Both the position numbers and the translations under genes were made by a program. A stretch of 35,786 nucleotides of DNA from Armatimonadota bacterium. Lineage in GTDB: Bacteria > Armatimonadota > Zipacnadia > Zipacnadales > UBA5352. Under the pieces are notes generated by a model. That model was not told the origin of the DNA, did no database searches, and saw only the letters and a program-made list of their open reading frames with translations. The DNA is taken from contig JAYENL010000144.1 in assembly GCA_034722055.1 (NCBI GenBank), positions 1 to 35,786 on the forward strand. The letters run 5' to 3'. Shown piece after piece: positions 1 to 9,119 of the stretch; the first letter of the stretch is position 1, and each line of letters starts with the position of its first letter.

Positions 1-33
1 CCCGACCAGGTGGGAACGGCGGCGTAACGACGC

Positions 34-110
34 GGGCGGGAGCGTAGTCCCGACCCTCCAAACGACTGGACAACGGCAAACGACGGACGCATGTGAACAT
101 GCGTCCCTCC
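34..110 (-). repeat. Two GGAG-tagged REP-like palindromes separated by AAC-rich linkers
   Basis: Perfect 10-bp inverted repeat GGACGCATGT-GA-ACATGCGTCC (85-106) followed by CTCC. Imperfect GGGCGGGA-GCGTAG-TCCCGACC (34-55) also followed by CTCC. On the - strand both read GGAG plus palindrome. Confidence 0.55.
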
Positions 111-175
111 GAACCACAACGGCGAACGCACACGGGTCGCGAAGCGAACTCAGCGAACGAGGGAGGCCGGGCCGC

Positions 176-1075
176 ATGGCGAGCGGACCCATGAAGGTCG
201 TCATGAGCACCGACCTGCCGGGGGCGATCTCGCGGCGGCAGGGGAAGGTCCGCGACATCTTCGAGTACGAGGATGGGCTGCTGATGGTGGCCTCCGACCG
301 CGTCTCGGCCTTCGACGTGGTCATGCCCACCGGGATTCCCGACAAGGGCAAGGTCCTCACCCAGGTCTCCGCCTTCTGGTTCGACAGGACGCACCACATC
401 GTCCCCAACCACCTCATCAGCACCCAGGTCGCGGACCTGCCTGAAAAGGTGCAGGAGTACGCTGACCTGCTCGAGGGCCGGGCCATGTGGTGCCGAAAGG
501 CCGAGGTCATCCCCATCGAGTGCGTGGTGCGGGGCTACCTGTCGGGCAGCGCCTGGCGGGCCTACGCGGAGGGTGAGCCCTACTGCGGCTACACCTTCCC
601 GGAGGGGATGCGCGAGGCCGAAAGGCTCGACAGGCCCATCTTCACGCCCTCCACCAAGGCCGAGGAGGGCCACGATGTGCCCATCACGCGCGAGCAGTGC
701 GTGGAGCTGTGCGGCGAGGAGCGCGCCATGCAGATCGAGTCCCTCTCCATCGAGCTGTACCAGTACGCCGCCGACCACGCCCAGCAGAACGGGCTGCTGC
801 TGGCCGACACCAAGTTCGAGTTCGGGCTCATCGACGATGAGCTGGTGCTGGTGGACGAGGTGCTGACGCCGGATTCGTCGCGCTACTGGGATGAGGACCA
901 GTGGCGGCCGGGGCACCAGCCGGAGGGATTTGACAAGCAGTATCTGCGCGACTGGCTGGACGAGCAGGACTGGGACAAGACGCCGCCGGGGCCGGAGCTG
1001 CCGGGCCACGTGGTGGCGCGGACCCGGGAGCTGTATGTGGAGCTGATGCAGCGGCTGACCGGCCGGACGCCGTGA
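176..1075 (+). CDS. purC: Phosphoribosylaminoimidazole-succinocarboxamide (SAICAR) synthase
   Basis: Motifs GKVRDIF, SDRVSAFD, IPDKG, IECVVRGYLSGS, FTPSTKA, ADTKFEFG, DEVLTPDSSRYW, FDKQYLRDW. GAGGGAGG RBS upstream of ATG176. Confidence 0.97.
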   Translation: MASGPMKVVMSTDLPGAISRRQGKVRDIFEYEDGLLMVASDRVSAFDVVMPTGIPDKGKVLTQVSAFWFDRTHHIVPNHLISTQVADLPEKVQEYADLLEGRAMWCRKAEVIPIECVVRGYLSGSAWRAYAEGEPYCGYTFPEGMREAERLDRPIFTPSTKAEEGHDVPITREQCVELCGEERAMQIESLSIELYQYAADHAQQNGLLLADTKFEFGLIDDELVLVDEVLTPDSSRYWDEDQWRPGHQPEGFDKQYLRDWLDEQDWDKTPPGPELPGHVVARTRELYVELMQRLTGRTP

Positions 1076-1076
1076 G

Positions 1077-2486
1077 GTGCCTGACGTGAGCGATGATCGG
1101 CGGGACCCGCTGCACGAGCAGATCCTGGAGACCTGCAGACGCTACGCGCTGCTGGAGGGCGCGGAGAGCGTGCTGGTGGGCGTGTCGGGCGGGCAGGACT
1201 CGGTGGCGCTGCTGCACGCGCTGGTGAGCCTGGAGCTGGTCCCGCGGGTGGCGGCGGTGCACGTGCACCATGGGCTGCGGGGCGAGGAGGCCGACGCCGA
1301 CGCCGCGGCGGTGGTGGGGCTGTGCGAGGAGGTAGGAGTGCGGTGCTTCATGGCGCACCGGGACGTGGAAGCTGAGGCGGAGGAGCGGGCCGTCGGAATC
1401 GAACCCGCCGGTCGCCGCGCGCGTTATGAAGAGTACGGGCGGGTCGCGGACGAGCACGGTTTCGAGCGCATCGCCACCGGGCATACGGGGACCGACCGGG
1501 CTGAGACGCTGCTTCTGAACCTCTTCCGCGGCGCGGGGCTGCGGGGGATGCGCTCCATCCCGCCGCAGCGCGGGCGCATCGTGCGTCCGCTGATCCGCGC
1601 GAGTCGAACACAGACGGGGGAGTACTGCCGCCGGCATTCGCTTCCCATCCGCACCGATCGCAGCAACCTCGATCCCGACTACGCGCGGCGCAACGCCGTG
1701 CGGCACCGCATCATGCCGCTGGTGGAGGAGCGTTTCCAAGGCGCGGAGCAGGCGCTGATGAGGGCCTGCGAGGCGGTGGAGGAGGAGCTGGCCTGGACGG
1801 AGCCGCTGCTGGAGGGGTGGCTGGAGGACGCCACTGTGGCGCGAGGCGAGGATACGGTGGTGCTGGATGCTGCCGCGGTGGGGGAGCTGCACCTCGGGGC
1901 GGCGCATCGTCTGCTGCGGCTGGCGCTGGAGCGTGTGCGGGGCGACCTCGGGGAAATCTCTCGAGAGCAGATCGAGCGCGTGGCGGCGCTGTGCGAGTCT
2001 GAGACGGGCACGCGCGTGGTGCTGCCGGGCGGCTGGGAGGCCCGACGGGAGTACGAGCGCGTGGTGGTGGGGCCAGGGCGCGAGCAGGCGGAGGCGGCGT
2101 GCGGGGAGGTGGAGCTGCCGGTGCCGGGCGAGGCGAGGGTGGACGGCTGTGGCGTGCAGGTGCGGGCCGAGCGGGGGACGGCGCCGGAGGACTACGCGGC
2201 CGACGACCCGCATGTGGCCTGGATTGCGGGAAGCGCGGTGGAGCCGGGGTTGGTGGTGCGGGGCACGCGAGCGGGTGATCGCTTCGTGCCGCTGGGTATG
2301 AATGGAAGTAGGAAGCTGCAGGATTTCTTCGTTGACGAGAAGGTGCCGCGGCGGCTGCGGGCGCAGGTGCCCGTGGTGGCCAATCCCGATGGCCGGATTC
2401 TGTGGGTGGTGGGGCACCGGCTTGCAGAGCCGGCGCGGGTGAGGCGCCGGGACGATGCGGTGCGATTGACCGCCGTCTTTGAGTAG
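1077..2486 (+). CDS. tilS: tRNA(Ile)-lysidine synthase
   Basis: PP-loop VSGGQDS, HVHHGLRG, ATGH..DRAET, RPL, D.SN....Y.RN..R; C-terminal GDRF.P.G..GSRKL.DFF.D.KVP...R and ILWVVG. Lies immediately before ftsH. Start could be GTG1077 or GTG1086. Confidence 0.96.
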   Translation: MPDVSDDRRDPLHEQILETCRRYALLEGAESVLVGVSGGQDSVALLHALVSLELVPRVAAVHVHHGLRGEEADADAAAVVGLCEEVGVRCFMAHRDVEAEAEERAVGIEPAGRRARYEEYGRVADEHGFERIATGHTGTDRAETLLLNLFRGAGLRGMRSIPPQRGRIVRPLIRASRTQTGEYCRRHSLPIRTDRSNLDPDYARRNAVRHRIMPLVEERFQGAEQALMRACEAVEEELAWTEPLLEGWLEDATVARGEDTVVLDAAAVGELHLGAAHRLLRLALERVRGDLGEISREQIERVAALCESETGTRVVLPGGWEARREYERVVVGPGREQAEAACGEVELPVPGEARVDGCGVQVRAERGTAPEDYAADDPHVAWIAGSAVEPGLVVRGTRAGDRFVPLGMNGSRKLQDFFVDEKVPRRLRAQVPVVANPDGRILWVVGHRLAEPARVRRRDDAVRLTAVFE

Positions 2487-2517
2487 GCGTCGGTGAGCTG
2501 GCTGAGGAGGACACTTG

Positions 2518-4488
2518 ATGCGACGGAACATGATCATGACCATCCTGGTGCTGGGGGTCATCATATACGTCTTCTATATGATTCCCCGGCTCAACACCGG
2601 GCAGAATGAGCTGAGGGAGTACGACCACTACAGCGAGTTCTACGACGACTTCGTGGCCGGGCACATCGCGGAGGTCATGGTGATTAACGGCGAGGAGCTG
2701 GAGGGCACCTTCAAGCCCGAGGCGCCCGGCGGCTATGACCGCTTCGTGGTGTCGGTGCAGGGCGAGGACGTCATGAACACGCTGATGACGGCCAAGCAGG
2801 AGCACGAGCTGGACACCGCGATCGGCGCGGAGCCGATGCGGCTCAGCGACCGGATCCTGACCATCGCCGGGACCTACCTGCTGCCGCTGGTGATCATCAT
2901 CCTGTTCTGGCTGTTCATGGTGCGGCAGATGAACACCACGCGGGGGCAGGCCCTCAACTTCGGCCGCAGCCAGGCCCGGATGGTCGGCGACCACTGGGAG
3001 CGCGTGACCTTCGACGACGTCGCCGGCATGCAGGAGGTCAAGGAGGAGATGCAGGAGGTGGTGGCCTTCCTGAGGGAGCCGGAGCGCTTCCGCAAGCTGG
3101 GGGCCAAGATCCCCCGCGGCGTGCTGCTGGTGGGCCCGCCGGGCTGCGGCAAGACGCTGCTGGCCCGGGCGGTGGCCGGTGAGGCCGGGGTGGCCTTCTT
3201 CTACATGTCCGGCTCCGACTTCGTGGAGATGTTCGTGGGCGTGGGCGCCTCCCGCGTGCGGGACCTGTTCGAGCAGGCCAAGGATCACCTGCCGGCCATC
3301 ATCTTCATTGATGAGCTGGACGCGGTCGGCCGGCTGCGCGGCGCCGGCCTGGGCGGCGGCCACGACGAGCGGGAGCAGACGCTCAACGCCCTGCTGGTGG
3401 AGATGGACGGCTTTGACCCCAACGATGACGTCATCCTGCTGGCCGCCACCAACCGGCCCGACATCCTGGACCCCGCCCTGCTCCGCCCGGGGCGCTTCGA
3501 CCGGCAGATCGTCGTCCCCATGCCGGACGTCAAGGAGCGCCAGGAGATCCTCAACATCTACGTGCAGGACAAGCGGGTCTCCGATGAGTTGGACCTGGAG
3601 GTGCTGGCCCGCCGCTCCGTGGGCTTCTCGGGCGCGGACATCGAGAACATGGTCAACGAGGCGGCGCTGCTGGCGGGGCGCAAGGACAAGGACGTTATCG
3701 AGAGCGAGGACTTCGACGAGGCCATCGAGCGCATCATCGCCGGGCCGGAGCGCAAGAGCCGGGTCATAAGCGAGGACGAGCGGAAGGTCCTGGCCTACCA
3801 CGAGGCGGGCCACGCCCTGGTGGGCTACACGCTGCCGGACTTCGACTCCGTGTACAAGGTGACTATCCTGCCGCGCGGCATGTCCCTGGGCTACACCATC
3901 AGCCTGCCCGAGGACGACCGCTACATCACCTCCAAGAGCGAGATGCTCAACCGCATGACCCAGGCGCTGGGCGGCCGGGCCGCCGAGGAGCTGGTGCTGG
4001 GCGAGATTCACACCGGGGCGCACCAGGACCTGGAGGTGGTCTCCAAGATCGCCAGGGCCATGGTCACCGAGTACGGCATGAGCGAGGAGCTGGGGCCCAT
4101 CACCTACGGCCGCAAGACCGGGCCGGTGTTCCTGGGCAAGGACCTGGCAGAGGAACGGAACTACTCCGAGGCGGTGGCCAGAAAGATCGACAACGCCGTG
4201 CGTGCCATGGTTGATGGCGCCCACGATCGGGCCAGGGCTATCCTCGAGAAGCACCGCGAGGAGCTGGATCTGCTGGTCGAGAAGCTGCTGGAGCACGAGA
4301 CCCTGGATCAGGCCGACGTGGAGGCGCTTCTGGAGCACGGCGTGATGGCCGAGGAGCTGGAGGAGGAGTCGGAGGAAGAGGCGGAGGAGGCCGACGAGCA
4401 GCCGGCGGAGCCCTTGACCCCCGAAGAGGTGACGCGCAAGCAGCGCGGCGCCATCCCTCCGGGCATGCCGGAGCCGGAGACGCCGTAG
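2518..4488 (+). CDS. ftsH: ATP-dependent zinc metalloprotease FtsH
   Basis: Two N-terminal hydrophobic segments, Walker A GPPGCGKT, Walker [32 protein letters not shown], zinc motif HEAGH. GAGGAGG RBS. Confidence 0.98.
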   Translation: MRRNMIMTILVLGVIIYVFYMIPRLNTGQNELREYDHYSEFYDDFVAGHIAEVMVINGEELEGTFKPEAPGGYDRFVVSVQGEDVMNTLMTAKQEHELDTAIGAEPMRLSDRILTIAGTYLLPLVIIILFWLFMVRQMNTTRGQALNFGRSQARMVGDHWERVTFDDVAGMQEVKEEMQEVVAFLREPERFRKLGAKIPRGVLLVGPPGCGKTLLARAVAGEAGVAFFYMSGSDFVEMFVGVGASRVRDLFEQAKDHLPAIIFIDELDAVGRLRGAGLGGGHDEREQTLNALLVEMDGFDPNDDVILLAATNRPDILDPALLRPGRFDRQIVVPMPDVKERQEILNIYVQDKRVSDELDLEVLARRSVGFSGADIENMVNEAALLAGRKDKDVIESEDFDEAIERIIAGPERKSRVISEDERKVLAYHEAGHALVGYTLPDFDSVYKVTILPRGMSLGYTISLPEDDRYITSKSEMLNRMTQALGGRAAEELVLGEIHTGAHQDLEVVSKIARAMVTEYGMSEELGPITYGRKTGPVFLGKDLAEERNYSEAVARKIDNAVRAMVDGAHDRARAILEKHREELDLLVEKLLEHETLDQADVEALLEHGVMAEELEEESEEEAEEADEQPAEPLTPEEVTRKQRGAIPPGMPEPETP

Positions 4489-4503
4489 CACGGGAGCGGC
4501 AGC

Positions 4504-5070
4504 GTGACGGAGCACGGGAGTCACGGCGACCGGCAGTCCGAACCTCTGGACGCCTACCTGGGCCTGGGTGCCAACCTGGGGCGGAGGGCGCACTCCCTGG
4601 CCGCCGCCCTGGAGCTGCTCGACGAGGTTGAGGGCCTGGCCCTGCACGAGACCTCCTCGGTCTATGAGACCGCTCCGGTCGGTGTGACCGAGCAGCCGAC
4701 TTTCCTGAACATGGTGGCGCACTTCGGGTGCACACTCAGCCCCCTGGCGCTGCTGGACGCTGCGCTGAGTGTCGAGCGGCGGCTCGGGCGCATCCGGGAG
4801 GCCCGCTGGGGGCCGCGGACCATCGACATCGACGTGCTGCTGCTGGGTGAGATGCGCGTGGACACCCGGCGGCTTCGCATCCCGCACCCGGAGCTGACGC
4901 GGCGGCAGTTCGTGCTGGTGCCGCTGGCGGAGATCGCCCCGGACGTGGTGCTGCCGGGCGGCGCGACGGCGCAGGAGCTGTCGGCCGGCGAGAGTGGCGA
5001 GGTGCGGCGGCTGGGGTCGCTGGTGGAGGTCATGGCGCGCGAGCAGACGGGCGAGGCGGGGGGTCGGTGA
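4504..5070 (+). CDS. folK: 2-amino-4-hydroxy-6-hydroxymethyldihydropteridine pyrophosphokinase
   Basis: AYLGLGANLG, SSVYETAPVG, FLNMV, E..LGR.R..RWGPRTIDIDVL, IPHP....RQFVLVPLAEI. Start approximate. Confidence 0.96.
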   Translation: MTEHGSHGDRQSEPLDAYLGLGANLGRRAHSLAAALELLDEVEGLALHETSSVYETAPVGVTEQPTFLNMVAHFGCTLSPLALLDAALSVERRLGRIREARWGPRTIDIDVLLLGEMRVDTRRLRIPHPELTRRQFVLVPLAEIAPDVVLPGGATAQELSAGESGEVRRLGSLVEVMAREQTGEAGGR

Positions 5071-6074
5071 TGTTCGGGGCCGCCCAGGCCAGAGTCCGGT
5101 CGGAGGCCTACGGCGAGCTGGCCAGCATGCTGCACGCCGGCGTCACCATCGGGGAGTCCGCCACGGCAGTGGCGGAGGAGATGAGGCCGTCCCCGTTGCG
5201 CGATGCACTGCTGGAGGCCGGCCACAAGGCCGCACACGGCAGCTCGCTGGCGGAGGCGATGCGGGGCCGCCCCACGGTCTTCTCGCCGCTGACGGTGGCG
5301 ATGGTCGAGGTCGGGGAGCGTGCCGGGCGGCTGGAGGAGTCCCTGCAGCTCATTGCCGACTACTACGAGCAGGACTTCGAGCTGCGCCACCTCCTGACGC
5401 GAGAGCTGGCCTATCCCATCGTCCTCTTCGCGGGCATCATCTTTATCCCCCTCATCGGCCAGTTCATCCTCATCTGGATCACCGCCACTCTGGCGGAGGC
5501 CGTGGTGACCGCGGCGGTCCGGCTGCTGCTGATCCTCCTGGTGGTGGGGGTGCCGCTGGGGATCATCCTCCTGATCATGCACCAGGCGTCGCAGTCGGAG
5601 CAGGGCCGACTGGCGCTGGACCGGGCCAAGCTGCGCATCCCCATCATCGGCGGGGTGGTGCGGAAGCTGGCAGTAGCGCGGTTCTGCCGGGCGCTGGCAT
5701 CGCTCTACTCATCGGGCGTGATGATGGGGACCTCCGTGGAGCTGGCCGGGGAGGCGGCGGGCAACGAGGCCGTGCGCCGGGAGCTGCAGCCGGCGGTCCG
5801 CAAGCTCGAGGAGGGTCAGAGGCTCTCGGAGGCGCTGTCGGAGAGCTCGCTGATGCCCTCCACGGTGCTGACCATGCTCAAGACCGGCGAGCGCACCGGT
5901 GACATCGACGGCATGGCCCAGAATGTCGCGAATCACCTGCAGCGGGAGGCCGAGACCTCGGTCAAGCAGCTCGCCGTCACTCTCGCCCCCATCGCCGTCA
6001 TCATCGCCGGCGTGATCGTGGCCCTCATGCTGCTGAGCTTCTACACGGGCTACGCCGGGACAGTGATGCAGTAA
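5070..6074 (+). CDS. Type II secretion system F / type IV pilus PilC family platform protein
   Basis: Two T2SSF repeats: L.SML.AGV....S...G.SL.EA...P.VF...AMV.VGE..G.LEE.L...ADYY...L.YP, and RF...LA.L..SGV...G..LSEAL...M..TGE.TG.ID.M, with TM helices. TGATG overlap with the folK stop. Confidence 0.9.
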   Translation: MFGAAQARVRSEAYGELASMLHAGVTIGESATAVAEEMRPSPLRDALLEAGHKAAHGSSLAEAMRGRPTVFSPLTVAMVEVGERAGRLEESLQLIADYYEQDFELRHLLTRELAYPIVLFAGIIFIPLIGQFILIWITATLAEAVVTAAVRLLLILLVVGVPLGIILLIMHQASQSEQGRLALDRAKLRIPIIGGVVRKLAVARFCRALASLYSSGVMMGTSVELAGEAAGNEAVRRELQPAVRKLEEGQRLSEALSESSLMPSTVLTMLKTGERTGDIDGMAQNVANHLQREAETSVKQLAVTLAPIAVIIAGVIVALMLLSFYTGYAGTVMQ

Positions 6075-6090
6075 TTGGCTGGGGAAGCCC

Positions 6091-7095
6091 ATGGCTGAAG
6101 ACGGCTTCGATCCGTGGCGCACACTGGGCGTGCCTGTGGGCGCCGACCCCGGGGAGATCCGCAGGGCCTTCCGGAAGCTGGCCAGGCGGATGCACCCGGA
6201 CGTGCGCCGCGACGATGACCGGGCCCACGAGCAGTTCATCCGCCTCCGCCAGGCCTACGAGACGCTCATGGACGACGAGATGCGGCAGCGTCTGGAGCGG
6301 CAGGCGGTCGGGGACGTGGGCGAGCCGCTGATCATCATCGAGGACTTCGAGATCAGCCTCGCCGACGCCTACGAGCTGCTGGAGCGGGGGTATACGGAGG
6401 AGGCGCGGCAGCTCTACCTGGAGCTGTCGCAGAATCACCCCGGCGACCCGCGGCTGCTGGAGCTGCTGGACGCCATCCGGCGGGCCGAGCAGGGCGAGTG
6501 GGGCTCCGTCGCCGAGAGTGCATCCCGGGCGCGGGAACAGCCCTCGGAGGCCCGCACGTGGGAGCGGTACCGCGACCTGTGGGAGCCCGAGCCGGTCCCG
6601 GTCCGCTGGCCCCTGGTGGCCGTGGCGGCGGCGGTCGTGCTGGCCTGTGCGTGGGGCGTCCAGAGCTCGAACGCGCCCGCGCTGGTGGCCGGGTTCGCGT
6701 GGCCGGAGATCGCCCTGGCGGCGCTGGCGGGGTTCGGCGGGGCGGCGCTGCTGGCCGCTGGTGGGGTGCTGGGCGGCTTCGACTGGGAGCTCGGGGGCGT
6801 GGTCAGCGACCGCGGCCGCGACGTGCCGCTGTGGCTGTATCTGGGCGTTGCGGGGCTGATCTCGCCGCTCCTGGCGCTGGCCTTCTACCTGGTCTTTGTG
6901 GCGCTGGTGGTGGACCTGTCGTGGCGGGTGATAGGCTTCTTCGCCGGGGTCTTCGCCATCGCGGCTGCCATGGCCTGGGCCCACGGCGGGCAGATGACCA
7001 CCGTGATGGCCTTCGGCTCAGGCGTCATTTTCCTGCCCGGCCTGGTGGGCTGGGCCATCGGCTCCATGTTCCGCCCCGGCTACTGGTGGGAGTAG
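6091..7095 (+). CDS. Membrane-integral J-domain (class C DnaJ-like) protein with a TPR-like middle segment
   Basis: N-terminal DPW.TLGV....EI.RAFRKLA..MHPD...F..L.QAYE.L (HPD motif). TPR-like segment LADAYELLERG..EEA..LY.EL....PGDP. About 6 hydrophobic segments in the C-terminal half. Confidence 0.85.
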   Translation: MAEDGFDPWRTLGVPVGADPGEIRRAFRKLARRMHPDVRRDDDRAHEQFIRLRQAYETLMDDEMRQRLERQAVGDVGEPLIIIEDFEISLADAYELLERGYTEEARQLYLELSQNHPGDPRLLELLDAIRRAEQGEWGSVAESASRAREQPSEARTWERYRDLWEPEPVPVRWPLVAVAAAVVLACAWGVQSSNAPALVAGFAWPEIALAALAGFGGAALLAAGGVLGGFDWELGGVVSDRGRDVPLWLYLGVAGLISPLLALAFYLVFVALVVDLSWRVIGFFAGVFAIAAAMAWAHGGQMTTVMAFGSGVIFLPGLVGWAIGSMFRPGYWWE

Positions 7096-7104
7096 CGCTG
7101 AAGG

Positions 7105-7113
7105 TGGTATACT
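7105..7113 (+). promoter_or_regulatory. Extended -10 sigma70-type promoter inside an inverted repeat
   Basis: TG-g-TATACT at 7105-7113, within TGAAG-N8-CTTCA (7099-7116), about 45 nt upstream of ATG7157. Confidence 0.55.
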
Positions 7114-7156
7114 TCACTTGGCGCAGGTCCTGGAAAGGCGGGGAGTGCGGTACGTC

Positions 7157-7678
7157 ATGTGGCAGACGCTGCAGCATCTGTGGCCGGATGTGGTGGTCAA
7201 CGTTGTCGTCGCTGGGGTATTCTTCGCGATCGGCAGGCTGCTGGGCCGACGCCAGGTGACTGTCCAGGCGATTAGGGGGCACGCGCACCGTGCGCGAAAT
7301 GCCGCTGCTGAACGGGTGTGTGAGGCAGCTCTTCAAGGAGATCGCTTGTCGAGGGCACAAGTTCGGAGCTACATTGATGCGGTGGATGACGGGTTCTTTG
7401 CTGAACTGCGACGCATCATCCCTGGCGCGGACGAGATCCTGAGACGCGCGATTGGGTCACTACGCGACCATCCCGGCTCTGATGCGCCGCGTGATGCCCG
7501 GGAGGCGATTGAGCGGCTCCTGGAGATCCATCCCGACGATCTGGTAATCATGGCGATCATTGAGGGCCGGGAGAGCGGCGAGCCCTTGGACGAGGATGCG
7601 CTGATTGCCGCATCCGAGAATCCGGATCTTGTGCGACGCATGCTTCGGGCGTTCAGCCATCTGAGGAGGAGTGACTGA
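7157..7678 (+). CDS. Hypothetical protein with one N-terminal membrane anchor and a helical soluble domain
   Basis: 173-codon ORF, GGGAG upstream, hydrophobic VVVNVVVAGVFFAIG followed by basic residues. Visibly more A/T-ending codons than the flanking genes. Confidence 0.7.
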   Translation: MWQTLQHLWPDVVVNVVVAGVFFAIGRLLGRRQVTVQAIRGHAHRARNAAAERVCEAALQGDRLSRAQVRSYIDAVDDGFFAELRRIIPGADEILRRAIGSLRDHPGSDAPRDAREAIERLLEIHPDDLVIMAIIEGRESGEPLDEDALIAASENPDLVRRMLRAFSHLRRSD

Positions 7679-7679
7679 C

Positions 7680-7922
7680 ATGGCTGCCGACAATATGGCG
7701 AACAGCCGCACCGCTCTGAAGGAGTCCATACTGAAGCTGCTGGCCGCCGACGAGGTCACTCCCTTTGACGTGTTGGTGATGTGGGAGTGGTCGTCGGGCG
7801 TGGGCCACCGCGAAATCGCCGCGACCCTTGGGGTAGAGCCCATAGAGGTGGTTCGGGCGATGGAGCGCGTGGGTCGGAAGCTCGATGCAGCCGGCATGCT
7901 GCCCGAGGAAGTCGCCTTGTGA
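7680..7922 (+). CDS. Small HTH protein (sigma70 region-4 / LuxR-like)
   Basis: GAGGAGGAG RBS with GTG7671 or ATG7680. WSSGVGHREIAATLGVEPIEVVRAMERVGRKL fits the G....EIA..LG....V......R...KL pattern. Stop overlaps the panC start (GTGA). Confidence 0.7.
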   Translation: MAADNMANSRTALKESILKLLAADEVTPFDVLVMWEWSSGVGHREIAATLGVEPIEVVRAMERVGRKLDAAGMLPEEVAL

Positions 7923-8761
7923 TCGTTGCCCGTGAGAAGTCGGCAACCAGAAAGCGAGTCGCAGAGGGGCGTGCGGGGGGCAAGACCATTGGTCTGGTGC
8001 CCACGATGGGGGCGCTGCATGAGGGCCATCTGTCGCTGGTGCGGCGGTCGGTGGCCGACTGCGATTTCACGGTCGTGAGCATCTTCGTCAACCCCACGCA
8101 GTTCTCCCCCGGCGAGGACCTGGAGCGGTATCCCCGCGATCTGGAGGGCGATGCGCGCAAGTGCGAGGAGATCGGCGTGGATCTGATCTTCGCGCCCTCC
8201 GCCGATGAGATGTATCACGAGCGGGCCTGCACCGTGGTGACCGTGCAGGGGCTGACGGAGGGGCTGTGCGGGGCGCACCGGCCGGGGCACTTCGACGGCG
8301 TCACCACGGTGGTGAGCAAGCTGCTGAATATCGTGCGGCCGGATCGCGCCTATTTCGGCCAGAAGGACTACCAGCAGCTCGTGGTCATCCGGGCCATGGT
8401 TCGCGATCTGGACATGCCGGTCGAGGTCGTGGGCTGCCCCACGGTTCGCGAGGCGGACGGCCTGGCGGCCAGCTCCCGGAATCAGTATCTCAGCGAGCGG
8501 GAGCGGGAGGTGGCGCCCCGGCTCTATCAGGCGCTGCAGGCGGGCGCGGAGGCCGCACGCGAGGGGGCGACGGGGCGCGAGGTGGAGCGGGTGGTGGCCC
8601 GGGAGCTGGGCGAGGAGCCACTCTTCCGGCCCCAGTACGTGCGAGCGGTGCACCCGGAGACGCTGGAGCCGCGGGAGGAGCAGGGCGTGCCGATGGTCAT
8701 CGCGGCCGCAGCCCACCTGGGGGAGACGCGCCTGATCGACAATGTCAGGGTCGAGGGATGA
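7919..8761 (+). CDS. panC: Pantoate--beta-alanine ligase
   Basis: VPTMGALHEGHLSL, VSIFVNPTQF, YPRDL..D, RPGHFDGVTTVV.KL, FGQKDYQQ, READGLA.SSRN.YL, TRLIDN. Start placed at GTG7919. Confidence 0.97.
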   Translation: MIVAREKSATRKRVAEGRAGGKTIGLVPTMGALHEGHLSLVRRSVADCDFTVVSIFVNPTQFSPGEDLERYPRDLEGDARKCEEIGVDLIFAPSADEMYHERACTVVTVQGLTEGLCGAHRPGHFDGVTTVVSKLLNIVRPDRAYFGQKDYQQLVVIRAMVRDLDMPVEVVGCPTVREADGLAASSRNQYLSEREREVAPRLYQALQAGAEAAREGATGREVERVVARELGEEPLFRPQYVRAVHPETLEPREEQGVPMVIAAAAHLGETRLIDNVRVEG

Positions 8762-8765
8762 GCCG

Positions 8766-9119
8766 ATGCTCCGCATCATGTGCATTGCCAAGATCCACGG
8801 TGCCACCATTACGGAGACGCAGCTTCACTACGAGGGCAGCATCACCATCCCGGCCGACCTGCTGGAGGCGTCGGGGATGCTGCCGAACGAGCGCGTGCAG
8901 GTCGTGAATCTCAGCAACGGATCGCGCATCGAGACCTACGTCATCGAGGGTGAGGCCGGCTCGGGGGTCATCTGCCTGAACGGACCGGCGGCCCGAGCCG
9001 GCGAGGTCGGCGACCGCGTGCACATCCTCTGCTACGGGATGCTGGATGAGGAGGAGGCTGCCGCGCGGTCGTTGAATGTGCTTTACGCGGACGAGAGCAA
9101 CCGCATCGTAGAGCAATGA
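8766..9119 (+). CDS. panD: Aspartate 1-decarboxylase proenzyme
   Basis: KIHGAT.T...L.YEGSITI with the G/S autocleavage site, N..NG.R.ETYVI, ICLNGPAAR....GD.V.I. Confidence 0.97.
   Translation: MLRIMCIAKIHGATITETQLHYEGSITIPADLLEASGMLPNERVQVVNLSNGSRIETYVIEGEAGSGVICLNGPAARAGEVGDRVHILCYGMLDEEEAAARSLNVLYADESNRIVEQ

Noticed and set aside
1..165. AAC-rich tract as a DGR template repeat
   Set aside because: No reverse transcriptase and no matching variable repeat in the window. The AACs are not held in one frame and flank REP-like hairpins.
828..4887. Long - strand ORFs of 578 and 1058 aa, and similar shadow ORFs such as 18651-22217 (+), 22423-24702 (-) and 29280-31130 (-)
   Set aside because: They are antisense to well-supported genes, a common result of high GC3, and carry no recognisable motifs.
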